Source: Armatimonadota bacterium (GTDB lineage Bacteria; Armatimonadota; SYMT01). Taken from it: a DNA stretch of 64,000 bases. Made by a program: the position numbers and the translations under genes. The notes beneath the pieces are model-generated. The model made no database searches. It was given only the letters and a program-made list of their open reading frames with translations, and had not been told where the DNA came from. Positions 1 to 10,215 of this stretch are shown in pieces. Each line of letters starts with the position of its first letter. Position 1 is the first letter of the stretch. Location: the NCBI GenBank assembly GCA_041690135.1, contig JAWLHY010000002.1:256001-320000 (forward strand), in the 5' to 3' direction.

Positions 1-394
1 CCTGGTCCGTCGCCATCACGCCCGTGTGGACGTTGATCCTCACGAACCGGGCGCCGGTCGCCACCGCGATCCCCAGGGCCGACGGACCGTCGTTCCGGAG
101 CACGTTGATTCCGACCGGCAGCCGGGTGGCGCGGGTCACTTCGCGCACGCAGACCGCCATCGCCGCGACGGTCTCCGCGGGCACGCGTTCCGGGTAGAAC
201 GGCACGTCGTTATAGTTCTCCACCAGCACCCCGTCGAACCCGGCCGACTCGAGGGCCGCCGCGTCTTCCACCGCCCGTTCCACCACCGCCGCCAGGGAGC
301 CCTCCCAACCGGGAGATCCCGGCAGGGCGCGGAGGTGGATCATGCCGATTAGCGGCCGCGAGGGTGCAAAGATGGATTGGAGGGAGATGCGCAT
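1..394 (-). CDS. BtpA/SgcQ family protein (3' end outside window)
   Basis: Not in the ORF track. Manual translation MRISLQSIFAPSRPLIGMIHLRALPGSP...DGVLVENYNDVPF...VGINVLRND...FVRINVHTG shows the IGMxH, ENxxDxP and GINVLRN motifs. Confidence 0.85.
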   Translation of the reverse strand, partial: MRISLQSIFAPSRPLIGMIHLRALPGSPGWEGSLAAVVERAVEDAAALESAGFDGVLVENYNDVPFYPERVPAETVAAMAVCVREVTRATRLPVGINVLRNDGPSALGIAVATGARFVRINVHTGVMATDQ

Positions 395-405
395 CACGTA
401 AGAGG

Positions 406-864
406 TCAATCCTCATCCGGGAAGAGCGGCTCCGGGGTCCACTCGGTGGGGAGGCGGATCATGGCATCCTCGATCATCCAGGCATCCCAGCCGCGCGCCG
501 CCTGGCAAATGGCCCGCCAGTTGGAAGGGTGGGCGTTCGCTAGTTCCCAGGCCAGGGCCATCACGAACCGTTCCATCGGCAGCGCAGGGCCGCTGTCGCC
601 TCCCTCGTCCTCCTCCAGATCGAAGGGGGAGGCGGTGGAAGCGGGCATTAGCCGGGGGAACGTGATCGGCTCCAGCAGCGCCTCACCGGCGTGGGTCACC
701 TCGACTTCGTACAGGTCTTCTTCGTCCGGATCTCCTCCGGCTCGTTCATCAAAGAGACCCTCGGAAAGGAAAGTGGCCCGGATACTCAACAATCCGGGCA
801 CTTCCAGGTCCACGTCTTCGGCGTGGCTTGTCAGGATGGGGCGAGGGATCCTGGCCATGGTCAC
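406..864 (-). CDS. hypothetical acidic protein
   Basis: 152-aa ORF overlapping the lon stop codon; same-strand operon position; no family recognised. Confidence 0.65.
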   Translation of the reverse strand: MTMARIPRPILTSHAEDVDLEVPGLLSIRATFLSEGLFDERAGGDPDEEDLYEVEVTHAGEALLEPITFPRLMPASTASPFDLEEDEGGDSGPALPMERFVMALAWELANAHPSNWRAICQAARGWDAWMIEDAMIRLPTEWTPEPLFPDED

Positions 865-3272
865 GCAGTACCGGGGCTCGCGGAGGCGTAGGCCGGGCTG
901 GGCCGCGGGCTTTCCACCAGGGCCAATTGCAGCACCTGGTCCATGTGGTCCACGAAGTGGAACTCCAGGTCGTCCTGCACGTTCTGGGGGATCTCCTCCA
1001 GGTCGCGCTCGTTCTCGCGCGGCAGCAGCACCACCTTCATGCCGGCCCGGTGGGCGGCTAGGACCTTCTCCTTCACCCCGCCGATCGGGAGCACCTTGCC
1101 GCGCAGGGTGATCTCCCCCGTCATCGCCACGTCCTTGCGGATGGCGCGCCGGGTAACGGCGCTGGCGAGGGCGGTGGCCATGGTGATGCCCGCGGAAGGC
1201 CCATCCTTCGGCACGGCTCCCGCCGGCACGTGGATGTGGACTTCCATCCGGTCGAAGAAGTCATCCGGGAAGTTAAGCACGCGCGCCCGGGAGCGGACGT
1301 AACTGAGCGCCGCCATGGCGCTCTCCTTCATCACTTCGCCGAGTTGGCCGGTGAGGGTCAGCTTCAACTCGTGATGCTTCATCAGCGTGGCTTCCACGGA
1401 GACGATGTCGCCACCGAACTCGGTGTAGACGAGCCCGGTCGCCGCGCCGATCTCATCCATTTCTTCCGCGCGCCCGTAATGGTAGCGGCGCATCCCCAGG
1501 AACGGCTTGATGTCGTTTTCGGTGATCGTTACCTGGTCTGTCTTTCCGCTCGCGACCTCCTTGGCCACCTTGCGGCAAACCGTGGCGACCTCCCGCTCCA
1601 GGTTCCGGACACCGGCCTCGCGAGTGTATTCGCGGATGATCTTCATCAGGCCGTCGTCCGTGAAGACTAGGTGCTCCTCCGTGATGCCGTTCTCCTTGCG
1701 CTGCTTGGGCACGAGGAAGTCGCGGGCGATCGCCAGCTTCTCATCCTCCGTGTATCCGGGGAAGTGGATCACCTCCATCCGGTCTTTCAGCGCGGGCGGG
1801 ATGGGGTCCAGCAGGTTCGCCGTGGTGATGAACATCACGTTCGCCAGGTCGAACGGCACTTCCAGGTAGTGGTCGCTGAAAGCGTTGTTCTGCTCCGGGT
1901 CGAGCGCCTCGAGCAGGGCCGACGAAGGATCGCCGCGGAAGTCCATGCCGAGCTTGTCGATCTCATCGAGCATGAACACCGGATTGTTGGAACCCGTGGT
2001 CTTGATGCCCTGGATGATGCGACCCGGCATGGCGCCGATGTAGGTGCGCCGGTGGCCCCGGATCTCCGCCTCGTCGCGGACGCCGCCCAGGGAGACGCGG
2101 ATGAACTTGCGGCCCAGCGCCCGTGCGATGCTCTTCCCGATGGAGGTCTTGCCCACTCCGGGAGGGCCGGCGAAGCAGAGGATCGGGCCGCGCATCTCCT
2201 GGGTGAGCTTGCGCACCGCCAGGAACTCCAGGATGCGCTCCTTGACCTTGGCGAGACCGTAGTGATCCTGGTCGAGGACCTCCTGTGCCGTCGGAATGTC
2301 CAGGGTCTCTTCCGTCGAGGTGGTCCAGGGCAGGGCCGTGAGCCAGTCCAGGTAGGTGCGGACGACCACACCCTCCGGGGCCTGGAACGGCATCTTCTCC
2401 AGCCGGTCCAGCTCCTTGAGGGCGCGTTCCTCCACCTCTTCGGGCATTTTGGCGTTCTGGATCTTCTCCCGGTACTCGTCGATCTCCGAGCCCCGGTCGT
2501 CCCGCTCGCCCAACTCCTGCTGTATGGCCTTGAGCTGTTCCCGCAGGATGAACTCCCGCTGGGTGTCGCCCATTTCCTTTTCGACCTTGTTGCGGATGTT
2601 CCGCTGGATCTCGAGAACTTCCGTCTCCTTTTTCAGGATGAAGTTCAGCTTCTCCAGGCGGTCCCGCACGGAGATGGTCTCCAGCAGGTCCTGCATCCGC
2701 TCGACCTTGGGGCGCAGGTGGAGGTAGGGAATGATGGTGTCGGCGAGCCGCCCCGGGTCATCGATGTTGACGACCTGCACGAGCGCCTCCGGCGGAATAT
2801 CTTTTCCGAGCTCGACCACCTGCTGGAACTGGGTGATGACGCTGCGCATCAGCGCCTCGACCTCGGCGGAGCGTTCCTCCGCTTCTGGCAGGAGCTCGAT
2901 CCGCACGCGGAAGAAGGGGTCGGACTGGAGGTACTCTCGGATGCGGGCGCGGGCCTGGCCTTCCAGCATCACGCGCACGGTGCCGTCCGGAAGGTTGAGG
3001 ACCTGCATCACCTCGGCGACGGTCCCGACCTGGTAGATATCCTCAGAGGTCGGGTCGTCGATCGCCATCTGGCGCTGGGCCACCAGGAAGATGTAACGGT
3101 CATGCCCCCGAGCCTCTTCCAGCGCCCGGATCGACTTATCCCGCCCGACGAAGAGAGGGAAGATGTTGTGCGGGAAGTAGACCGGCTCCCGGATCGGCAG
3201 CAGGGGCAGAATCTCCGGCACAGCCGGGTCCACAGAAAGCAGGTCGTCATCAAGTTCGGTCACGTCGGTCAC
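861..3272 (-). CDS. lon: ATP-dependent Lon protease
   Basis: Lon N-domain, Walker [10 protein letters not shown], Walker B LDEIDK, catalytic PKDGPSAG. Confidence 0.98.
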   Translation of the reverse strand: MTDVTELDDDLLSVDPAVPEILPLLPIREPVYFPHNIFPLFVGRDKSIRALEEARGHDRYIFLVAQRQMAIDDPTSEDIYQVGTVAEVMQVLNLPDGTVRVMLEGQARARIREYLQSDPFFRVRIELLPEAEERSAEVEALMRSVITQFQQVVELGKDIPPEALVQVVNIDDPGRLADTIIPYLHLRPKVERMQDLLETISVRDRLEKLNFILKKETEVLEIQRNIRNKVEKEMGDTQREFILREQLKAIQQELGERDDRGSEIDEYREKIQNAKMPEEVEERALKELDRLEKMPFQAPEGVVVRTYLDWLTALPWTTSTEETLDIPTAQEVLDQDHYGLAKVKERILEFLAVRKLTQEMRGPILCFAGPPGVGKTSIGKSIARALGRKFIRVSLGGVRDEAEIRGHRRTYIGAMPGRIIQGIKTTGSNNPVFMLDEIDKLGMDFRGDPSSALLEALDPEQNNAFSDHYLEVPFDLANVMFITTANLLDPIPPALKDRMEVIHFPGYTEDEKLAIARDFLVPKQRKENGITEEHLVFTDDGLMKIIREYTREAGVRNLEREVATVCRKVAKEVASGKTDQVTITENDIKPFLGMRRYHYGRAEEMDEIGAATGLVYTEFGGDIVSVEATLMKHHELKLTLTGQLGEVMKESAMAALSYVRSRARVLNFPDDFFDRMEVHIHVPAGAVPKDGPSAGITMATALASAVTRRAIRKDVAMTGEITLRGKVLPIGGVKEKVLAAHRAGMKVVLLPRENERDLEEIPQNVQDDLEFHFVDHMDQVLQLALVESPRPSPAYASASPGTA

Positions 3273-3293
3273 TAAGGGTTCTCCCTGGAGCCG

Positions 3294-4556
3294 CTACGAA
3301 GCGTTCTTGAGCTGGTTCACGGTGATGATCGCCGGCTCGGCTTTATTGGTGATGGTCTCGCGGGTAATGACTACGCGCTTCACGTCGCGGCGGGACGGAA
3401 TTTCGAACATCAGGTCCTGCATCACTTCTTCGATGATGGACCGCAGGGCACGCGCGCCGGTGCCACGCTTCAGCGCCTCTTCGGCGATGGCGGCCAGGGC
3501 ATCCTCGGTGAACACCAGGTCCACGTTGCCGTCCATCGCGAAGAGCCGCTGGTACTGCTTCACCAGCGCGTTCTTCGGCTCGACAAGGATCCGGATCAAC
3601 GCTTCTTTGTCCAACTGATCCAGCGAGGTAATCACGGGCAAGCGGCCGATGAACTCGGGGATCAGGCCGAAGCGGACCAGGTCTTCCGGCAGCACCTGGC
3701 TGAGCAGGCTCTCCTCGTTTTCGTCCTTCTGGTGCGACACCCGGAAGCCGAGGGTCTGGCGGTTAAGCCGGGCTTCGATGACGGGCAGGAGGCCGTCGAA
3801 AGTGCCGCCGCAGATGAAGAGAATGTTGCTGGTATTGATCTGGACGTATTCCTGCTGCGGGTGCTTGCGGCCGCCCTGCGGCGGGACGTTCGCCACGGTG
3901 CCTTCGAGGATCTTCAGCAGCGCCTGCTGCACCCCTTCGCCGGAAACGTCACGCGTGATCGACGGATTGTCGCTCTTGCGGGAAATCTTGTCGATTTCGT
4001 CGATGTAGATGATGCCGCGCTCGGCATTCTGGATTGCCTGCTGTGGGTTGCTGCTCTCCGCGGCCTGGATGAGGCGGAGGAGGATGTTCTCCACGTCCTC
4101 ACCGACATAACCCGCCTCGGTCAGCGCCGTGGCGTCCACGATGGTGAACGGCACGTTCAGCATCCGCGCGAGGGTCTGCGCCAGGAGCGTCTTGCCCGAG
4201 CCGGTGGGGCCGATCAGCAGGATGTTGCTCTTGGCCAGCTCAACGTCCGACTGCGCGAAGTGCACCCGCTTGATGTGGTTGTAAACCGCTACGGACAGCG
4301 CCCGCTTCGCCCGTTCCTGACCGACGACGTAGAGGCCGAGTACCTTGTAGATATCCTTCGGTTTCGGCAGGGAGTCCGCGAACTGGTCGTAGTTGAGAGG
4401 GAACTCCTCCCCCTGGATCACGTCGTTGCAGAGGTCCACGCACTCGGCGCAGATGCCCCCGTGCAGCCCGAGGATGAGCTTGGAGACCTCCTCTCGCGAC
4501 TTGCCGCAAAGCACGCACCGGCGCATCTCATCCCGATCCAGATTAGTTCTTGCCAC
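3294..4556 (-). CDS. clpX: ATP-dependent Clp protease ATP-binding subunit ClpX
   Basis: N-terminal C4 zinc finger, [19 protein letters not shown] loop, LGF loop. Confidence 0.98.
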   Translation of the reverse strand: MARTNLDRDEMRRCVLCGKSREEVSKLILGLHGGICAECVDLCNDVIQGEEFPLNYDQFADSLPKPKDIYKVLGLYVVGQERAKRALSVAVYNHIKRVHFAQSDVELAKSNILLIGPTGSGKTLLAQTLARMLNVPFTIVDATALTEAGYVGEDVENILLRLIQAAESSNPQQAIQNAERGIIYIDEIDKISRKSDNPSITRDVSGEGVQQALLKILEGTVANVPPQGGRKHPQQEYVQINTSNILFICGGTFDGLLPVIEARLNRQTLGFRVSHQKDENEESLLSQVLPEDLVRFGLIPEFIGRLPVITSLDQLDKEALIRILVEPKNALVKQYQRLFAMDGNVDLVFTEDALAAIAEEALKRGTGARALRSIIEEVMQDLMFEIPSRRDVKRVVITRETITNKAEPAIITVNQLKNAS

Positions 4557-4821
4557 GCTAATAGTACTCCGAGGTAACTTGCTCTCCGCCGACCAGGAGG
4601 CGGTTTGATCCGGACCTTAACTCCCGCCTGACTCGATCCTGTTTTAGACCCTAACCTTCGCTGCTTTGGCCTCACCCACCTGCTTGCCACGTGCCGGTGC
4701 AGGAAGGGATGAGATGAAAACGGGCAAAAGGCCCACGCCGGAGCGCGGCTTTTTGCCTCCGTTCTTCCATTCTTCCCTTCCTGCGAACCCTGCACTCCCG
4801 AGGTGGAGCGGCGGAACTCGC

Positions 4822-5517
4822 CTACAACGAATCGGGAGCCGGTTGACTCTCGGTCTGCTGTTCGTGCTCGGCCCGGCTCATCACCCGGTCCACGATCCCA
4901 TAGCTCAGGGCCTCCGGCGCGGACATGAAGTAGTCGCGCTCCGTATCTCGCGTTACCTGCTCCACCGTCTTGCCGGTGTGCCGGGCCAGGATCTCGTTGA
5001 GGAGCGCCTTGTAGCGCAGGATCTCCCGCGCCCGGATCTCCACATCGGTTCCCTGCCCGAACGGAACGCCCGCACTGACCTGGTGAATCATTACCCGAGC
5101 GTGGGGGAGACAGTAACGCTTTCCTTTCGCGCCGGCCGCAAGTAGCAGCGCGCCCATCGAGGCAGCCATTCCCATGCAGATGGTGGAGACGTCCGGCTTG
5201 ATGAACTCCATCGTGTCGTACATCGCCAGCCCCGCGTCCACTGCCCCACCCGGGGAGTGGATGTAGAGCATGATGTCTCCATCCGGGTCTTCATATTCCA
5301 GGAAGAGCAGCTGTGCGATGATGAGGTCGGCCATCATATCGTGCACTTCGCCGCTCAGAAATACTATTCGGCTCTTTAGCAGGCGAGAATAGATGTCATA
5401 TGAGCGCTCGCCGCGAGCCGTTTGCTCGACCACAATCGGTACGAGGTGGTTCTTGGGGGTCCAGAGCTCAGGATGCTGGTTGGCCTGCTCCAGGACTCTC
5501 CAGTTGTGGCGGTTCAT
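4822..5517 (-). CDS. clpP: ATP-dependent Clp protease proteolytic subunit ClpP
   Basis: [20 protein letters not shown] (catalytic Ser), MIHQ. Start placed at ATG 5517 rather than the ORF-track start. Confidence 0.95.
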   Translation of the reverse strand: MNRHNWRVLEQANQHPELWTPKNHLVPIVVEQTARGERSYDIYSRLLKSRIVFLSGEVHDMMADLIIAQLLFLEYEDPDGDIMLYIHSPGGAVDAGLAMYDTMEFIKPDVSTICMGMAASMGALLLAAGAKGKRYCLPHARVMIHQVSAGVPFGQGTDVEIRAREILRYKALLNEILARHTGKTVEQVTRDTERDYFMSAPEALSYGIVDRVMSRAEHEQQTESQPAPDSL

Positions 5518-5763
5518 CGCTAGCCTTTCTGTGGTGTCCGCCCCGGCCGGTACTGCATGGGGCGAACAGGTCGAACACACTTTAACACAGTTTCGTGCGC
5601 CTGGAAAAAGGCGCAAAAAAACGGGACGACGGCCCGGTTCATTGCCCGAGCCGCTAACCTCTGCCCGCCTGTTCTACCCACACCCGCGCCGGAAATCGCC
5701 TATAAATCCGCAGGCTACCGGTGCCACAGGGCGCTGTAAGCCCGGGATGTTGCAAAACTTGCA

Positions 5764-5800
5764 AAACCGGGGTGTCTCGTAGAACGAGACACCCCGGTTT
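5764..5800 (-). terminator. 17-bp perfect hairpin downstream of tig (terminator or REP-like)
   Basis: AAACCGGGGTGTCTCGT-AGA-ACGAGACACCCCGGTTT, followed by T-runs on the minus strand. Confidence 0.65.
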
Positions 5801-5827
5801 GCGGTGAGAATGGAAGAACTGGGGAAT

Positions 5828-5930
5828 GGGTGAATGGGCGACGCAATGAAGCGAGGAGGAATGGGAGAGTGAGAGCCGCTTGCGTTTCGGCATCTTCCCT
5901 TCTCCCATTCCTCCTCACTCCCATTCACCC
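5828..5930. repeat. purine/pyrimidine-rich inverted repeat element
   Basis: GAGGAGGAATGGGAGA (5853-5868) / TCTCCCATTCCTCCTC (5901-5916), plus outer GGGTGAATGGG / CCCATTCACCC. Confidence 0.6.
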
Positions 5931-5961
5931 TCTGGCAGAACGGACCGGCCGAGGCGCCAGA

Positions 5962-7272
5962 CTAGGCTTCGGTTTCCTGGATCTCCGCCTGGGAGCGCAG
6001 CAACTGGCCCACCTTGCGGAAGAAGATCTGCGTTTGCAGGTTATCCAGCTCCCCGTTATCCGCCAGCGTCCGGCGCATCTGGGCCGGCTTGACGCCCTCG
6101 GCCTCGGCGCGGAGATTGATCTCCTGCTCCACATCTTCCAGGTTCACCCGCACGTTGTTCTGGTGCCCGAACTCGATCAGCACCAGCGACTCGGTCAGCG
6201 TGTCGCGGGCCTGCGCCTGGAGGGCGTTCTCCAGGGCGGCGAGATCGGTCTTCTGGGATTCCAGGTAATCCTCCAGCGTGGCGCCCTGGTGCTCCAGATT
6301 ATGGACCAGGCGCTTCAAGCGCTCGGAGGCTTCGCGCGTCACCATCTCGTCGGGGAACTCCACCGAGGAGCGGCGTACGAGCTCGTGCACCAGGTCGTGC
6401 TCCATTTCGCTGTCGGCCTGGGCTTCCGCCTGCGCTTCGAGGATCTCCCGGAGCCGCGCGCGGAGAGCCTCCGCCGTGTCCAGGCCCAGGCGCTGGGCAA
6501 ACTCGTCGTTCACTTCCGGCAGAGTACGCCGCAGCACCTCGAAGACCTTCACCGAAACGGACGCGGTCTGCCCCCGCTTCTCCTCGTCCTCATAGTCCTC
6601 CGGATAGGTGAACTCGAACGTCTTCTCTTCTTCGGCCTTCAGCCCGAGGATCCCCTGGTCGAACTCCGCCAGGTTGGCGCCGACCTGCAGGATCAACGGC
6701 TCCTCTTCCGAGGCGTCGACGAGCGCTTCGTCGCCAACGGTGATCTTCAGCGCGGCCCGGATGCGGTCTCCCTCGGCGACGGGTTCTTCCGTGGCTTCAA
6801 ACGTGGCGCCACGCTCCCGGATGCGGGTGAGCTCCGTTTCCACGTCTTCATCGGTGATCTTCACCACGACGCGCTTGGCGCTCAGGCCCTCGGTATTACC
6901 GAGCGTGATCTTGGGCTCCAGGGCGAGCGTGGCCTTGAAGGTAACGCCCTTCTGAAGGTCGAGCTCTTCCTCACCGAGATCGATCTGGGGCTCGGCGTAG
7001 CGGTAAGGCTCCACTCCGGTCTGCTTTAGGGCATCCCGGTAGGCGTTGGTAAGGACCTCCTCCATCGCGAGGTCCCGGACGCGGCCTTCGTCGATGTACC
7101 GCTTCACCAGGTGGCGGGGCGCCTTCCCCGGACGGAAGCCCGGCACGGCGGTCCGCTTCGCGAAACGGTTGAACACCGTCTCCATGGCGCGGTTCACGTC
7201 TTCCGGCGGCACCTCGATGGTGAGAGCGACCCGGCACGGCTCCAGTTGCTCCTGTTGCACTTGCACTGGCAT
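5962..7272 (-). CDS. tig: trigger factor
   Basis: Ribosome-binding GFRPGKAP motif, FKBP-like domain, tig-clpP-clpX-lon synteny. Confidence 0.97.
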   Translation of the reverse strand: MPVQVQQEQLEPCRVALTIEVPPEDVNRAMETVFNRFAKRTAVPGFRPGKAPRHLVKRYIDEGRVRDLAMEEVLTNAYRDALKQTGVEPYRYAEPQIDLGEEELDLQKGVTFKATLALEPKITLGNTEGLSAKRVVVKITDEDVETELTRIRERGATFEATEEPVAEGDRIRAALKITVGDEALVDASEEEPLILQVGANLAEFDQGILGLKAEEEKTFEFTYPEDYEDEEKRGQTASVSVKVFEVLRRTLPEVNDEFAQRLGLDTAEALRARLREILEAQAEAQADSEMEHDLVHELVRRSSVEFPDEMVTREASERLKRLVHNLEHQGATLEDYLESQKTDLAALENALQAQARDTLTESLVLIEFGHQNNVRVNLEDVEQEINLRAEAEGVKPAQMRRTLADNGELDNLQTQIFFRKVGQLLRSQAEIQETEA

Positions 7273-7464
7273 CGGATCTGTTCCTGTGGGTTAGGGGCGC
7301 TGTGCACTTGGACCCGGTCCGGCCACACATAAGAACACCCCGCCGACCCCGGAGGGCACGACGAGGCGATAGTCAGGCCGGCGAGTGCAATTAAGCACGG
7401 CGCCTATGACGATACTCGGGCGATGAACCATCGCGGAGGCGTACCTGCCGCTCGGATCCGCCGA

Positions 7465-7536
<72 letters not shown>

Positions 7537-7573
7537 GTATTCCATCCATTCGACTGCTAGCCAGGACTAACAG

Positions 7574-7655
7574 TGGGCGAGGTGGGACTTGAACCCACAC
7601 GGTTTGCACCACTAGATCCTAAGTCTAGCGCGTCTGCCAATTCCGCCACTCACCC
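7574..7655 (-). tRNA. tRNA-Leu(TAG)
   Basis: GGGTGAGTGGCGGAATTGGCAGACGCGCTAGACTTAGGATCTAG...GGTTCAAGTCC; long variable arm. Confidence 0.96.
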
Positions 7656-7677
7656 GAAGGCCCGGATCGACTGACGA

Positions 7678-7750
<73 letters not shown>

Positions 7751-7826
7751 GGATCGGGAGGTTTCCGGTTTCGGCCTCCCACACCCGCGCTCTGCAGGTA
7801 TCCAGCCGTCTTTCCCGACGGGCAGG

Positions 7827-7855
7827 AGTATAGCACAGGCGCCGAGGGGGTGCAA
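7827..7855 (-). promoter_or_regulatory. sigma70-type promoter of the tRNA cluster
   Basis: TTGCAC-N17-TATACT with an extended -10 TG. Confidence 0.75.
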
Positions 7856-8170
7856 TACCCGATTTTCAGATCATTTCGAGCCACAGCGAGCGGGGCCGTG
7901 TGGGGAAGAAAAGGGGGGCCTGGAGGGGATGCCCAGGCCCCCGATACAGTCAACCGTCGCTGCTTGACCGCGCCGCGTCGGGCCCGGTCGTGGACCTATT
8001 CGACGGGAAGGGCACGGGACTAAAGTGTCGATTGCGGGTGGTTTTTCGGGGCGCGACAGGGGGTGTGGGCGGGTTGTATCGTGGTGCAGTACGGGATCTG
8101 CGACAGGGTGTCGAACCCGGTTGGGGTTCGCGGCAGCGGTTCGCGATGCAGTACGGGTGCGGAGGCAGGG

Positions 8171-8321
8171 TCCTGGTCGGGGACGGCGACGCCGACCCTA
8201 CGGTGTGCATTACGGCTACCGGGGTGCAGTACGGGTGCATGGACAAGGACCAGGTTGGGGACGGCGGCGGGGTGTTACTGCTTTGTCCCCTACCGGCTAC
8301 CGAGGCGGGCGAGACGCCCGC
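8171..8321. repeat. REP-like palindromes
   Basis: TCCTGGTCGGGGACGGCGACGCCGACCCTAC (near-copy at 56576-56605) and GCGGGCG-AGA-CGCCCGC (relatives at about 61059 and 62643). Confidence 0.55.
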
Positions 8322-8573
8322 GCCACTGCTGCCGGCTGAGGAGGTGCGGTACCGGTACGGAGGCAGTATCCTTGGCGGCGGTGGCGGGTGAAGGGCCTGC
8401 CTTGGTAGGGGAGGGGTTGTGGGGACGGGGGGGCCGGAAAATTTTGCGGTGACACGCTTTCAGGCGGGGCGTAAGAGGGAGTGGCACAGTTATGTCCTAT
8501 GCGCCGAATCGAAAATAGCAATGATCCGGTGCGCCGCCTGGGACTTCACTCTCCAGAACAAAGAGGAGACGAC

Positions 8574-8879
8574 ATGAGGCACATCCTGCTGACCCTGGCC
8601 GCCGGCCTGCTGGCCGTTTCCGCCTATGCCGCGAATGTCAAGTCCGGGCTCGAGCCCGGCAAGCGCGTGGGCGCTTTCGGCGTGGTGGATGTTTCCGGTC
8701 CCAACAAGGGCACCCAGTTCTGCTACCGCTGCAAGTTCGGCAACGCGCCGGTGGTGGCTGCCTTCATCAAGAGCGGCGCCAAGAAAACGGGCGAAGTGGT
8801 GGCCCAGTTCCCGGCCCGCAAGAACCCCGCGGATGCCGACGTGGCCGAGGTGATCGAGCGGGAGCTGGCGGCGAAGTAA
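8574..8879 (+). CDS. small secreted protein, possibly chimeric or truncated
   Basis: RBS GAGGAG, signal peptide MRHILLTLAAGLLAVSAYA, CYRC motif. Confidence 0.7.
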   Translation: MRHILLTLAAGLLAVSAYAANVKSGLEPGKRVGAFGVVDVSGPNKGTQFCYRCKFGNAPVVAAFIKSGAKKTGEVVAQFPARKNPADADVAEVIERELAAK

Positions 8880-8888
8880 GGAGATGGG

Positions 8889-9509
8889 GTGTCGGTCCTC
8901 CTGACACAATTTGCCGGGTATGAGGACGACCTGGTCCGGCTGCTGGAGACCCTGGTACGGACGGAAGAGATTACGGACACTCTCCCCTGGAGCACGGAGC
9001 TCTCCCCGCCGGACCGGGCGCGTCTGCGTCACGATCTCGCCCTGCTGCTGGCGGAGCCGGAGACGACGGGCGAACTGCTGGACTGGAGCGAGGTGGAGGA
9101 CGTCCTCGCGGAGTTTGCCGGCCTGGCGGGCTGGGACGGCCCACTCCTGGGTTCGGCGCCCCAACTATCCGCGGAGCCGGTTTACCGGATCGAGGTCCGA
9201 CGCCAGGACCTGCGACTCCTGGAGCGCGCCTCCCCCGCCGTCCGCCAGGTGGCCCAGGAGGTGCTCTCGCGCTTCCTGCCGCTCCATCCCACCGCGGGGG
9301 ACCGTCTCACCCGGGGGCAGTTCAAGCGGCTTCCGGACCGCGGTCTCTGGCAGATCGACCTCCCGGATGGATACCGGCTCCGGTTCTTCCTCGATGAGGG
9401 GGCGCGCACCGTGCACGTGGTCTACCTCGGACCCCACCCGGAGGGGGAAGTCCGGGGACGGGAGGAGCGGGTGAGGGCGGCGGTCAATCGGGTGCGCTGC
9501 GGGGGGTGA
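8889..9509 (+). CDS. putative antitoxin-like/RelE-ParE-like fusion protein
   Basis: RBS AAGGAGA and GTG start. The C-terminal half (YRIEV...FKRL...WQIDLPDGYRLRFFLDEGARTVHVVYLGPH) follows the RelE-fold pattern; the N-terminal half is acidic and helical. Confidence 0.65.
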   Translation: MSVLLTQFAGYEDDLVRLLETLVRTEEITDTLPWSTELSPPDRARLRHDLALLLAEPETTGELLDWSEVEDVLAEFAGLAGWDGPLLGSAPQLSAEPVYRIEVRRQDLRLLERASPAVRQVAQEVLSRFLPLHPTAGDRLTRGQFKRLPDRGLWQIDLPDGYRLRFFLDEGARTVHVVYLGPHPEGEVRGREERVRAAVNRVRCGG

Positions 9510-9651
9510 ACTCCGGGAGCCGTTCGTAAGGGGTGTGTGGAAGTAGCAGAGCGGGTACGGTTCGGCTCGCAGAGGAAGACAAACCGGGTTTCCCTTCGCG
9601 GGGTGCGGGGAAAGGACGAGTATTCTCGTTCTCGTGAAGCAGGTTCCTCGC

Positions 9652-9837
9652 ATGTCCCAGGCTCGCACTGCCCCTCGTGTCCCGGCGCAGACCGGAAATA
9701 ACAGCACGCTTTGGCCCTTCGTCAAATCCGGGGTCGCCTTCGTGGGTCGGGTCCTGTTCTATGCCGTGATCCTCACCCTGTCGTTCTGGGTTCTGGAAGC
9801 CCACATCAACGAGGCCTTCCTGTACGAAGGCTTCTAG
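9652..9837 (+). CDS. small single-pass membrane protein, DltX-like
   Basis: FVGRVLFYAVILTLSFW...AFLYEGF resembles the DltX pattern (F.G..LFY...L......FIYNEF). Confidence 0.5.
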   Translation: MSQARTAPRVPAQTGNNSTLWPFVKSGVAFVGRVLFYAVILTLSFWVLEAHINEAFLYEGF

Positions 9838-9920
9838 GCTGTGACTCTCGTCACTTCGCGGCCGTCCGTGCAGAGATCCCCCGGATAACATCTGTTCAGC
9901 GAGGTTTCCTCGCTAACTCG

Positions 9921-10046
9921 ACGCCTAATCCCACCAGGGAACGGGGGACCCAACCCCAGGGGCTAAGGACGCTTTCCTCCGCTTCCGCCGGAGGCCGTTC
10001 CGGGTGACTCTTCCTACCCGCGCCCGTCAGCTAACCTCGTCGGCGT
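9921..10046 (+). ncRNA. cyclic di-AMP (ydaO/yuaA) riboswitch
   Basis: P1 ACGCC/GGCGT encloses AATCC...GGAACGGGGGACCCA...GGGGCTAA...CCCGCGCCCGTCAGCTAACCTCGT, the hallmark ydaO motifs. Confidence 0.88.
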
Positions 10047-10135
10047 GGTGTGAAGAGATCGCAGGTGCGCGCCGTGGTTTCCGGAACCCCAAGAGGCTCC
10101 GGTAGGTTTCCGGCGCCTGCCCCGCGCGCTTTCCC

Positions 10136-10165
10136 GCCACGCGTTCCGCGTGGCTTTTGTGTTTT
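10136..10165 (+). terminator. intrinsic terminator (riboswitch expression platform)
   Basis: GCCACGCG-TTC-CGCGTGGC followed by TTTTGTGTTTT, between the aptamer and the KamA-family start. Confidence 0.8.
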
Positions 10166-10215
10166 CTGCAGCGCGTGCGGCAGCCTGCCCTGCCTGGCTG
10201 ATGAAAGGAACATGC

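Noticed and set aside
1671-3275. 534-aa ORF on the + strand
   Set aside because: Antisense shadow of lon, typical of high-GC DNA. The same applies to 10027-12660(-), 34510-36129(+), 37202-38824(+), 45233-47650(-), 49243-51177(-) and 56878-58260(+).
7370-7400. CIRCE (HrcA) operator upstream of tig-clp-lon
   Set aside because: Only a half-site-like TTGCACTC is present; the matching arm is missing.
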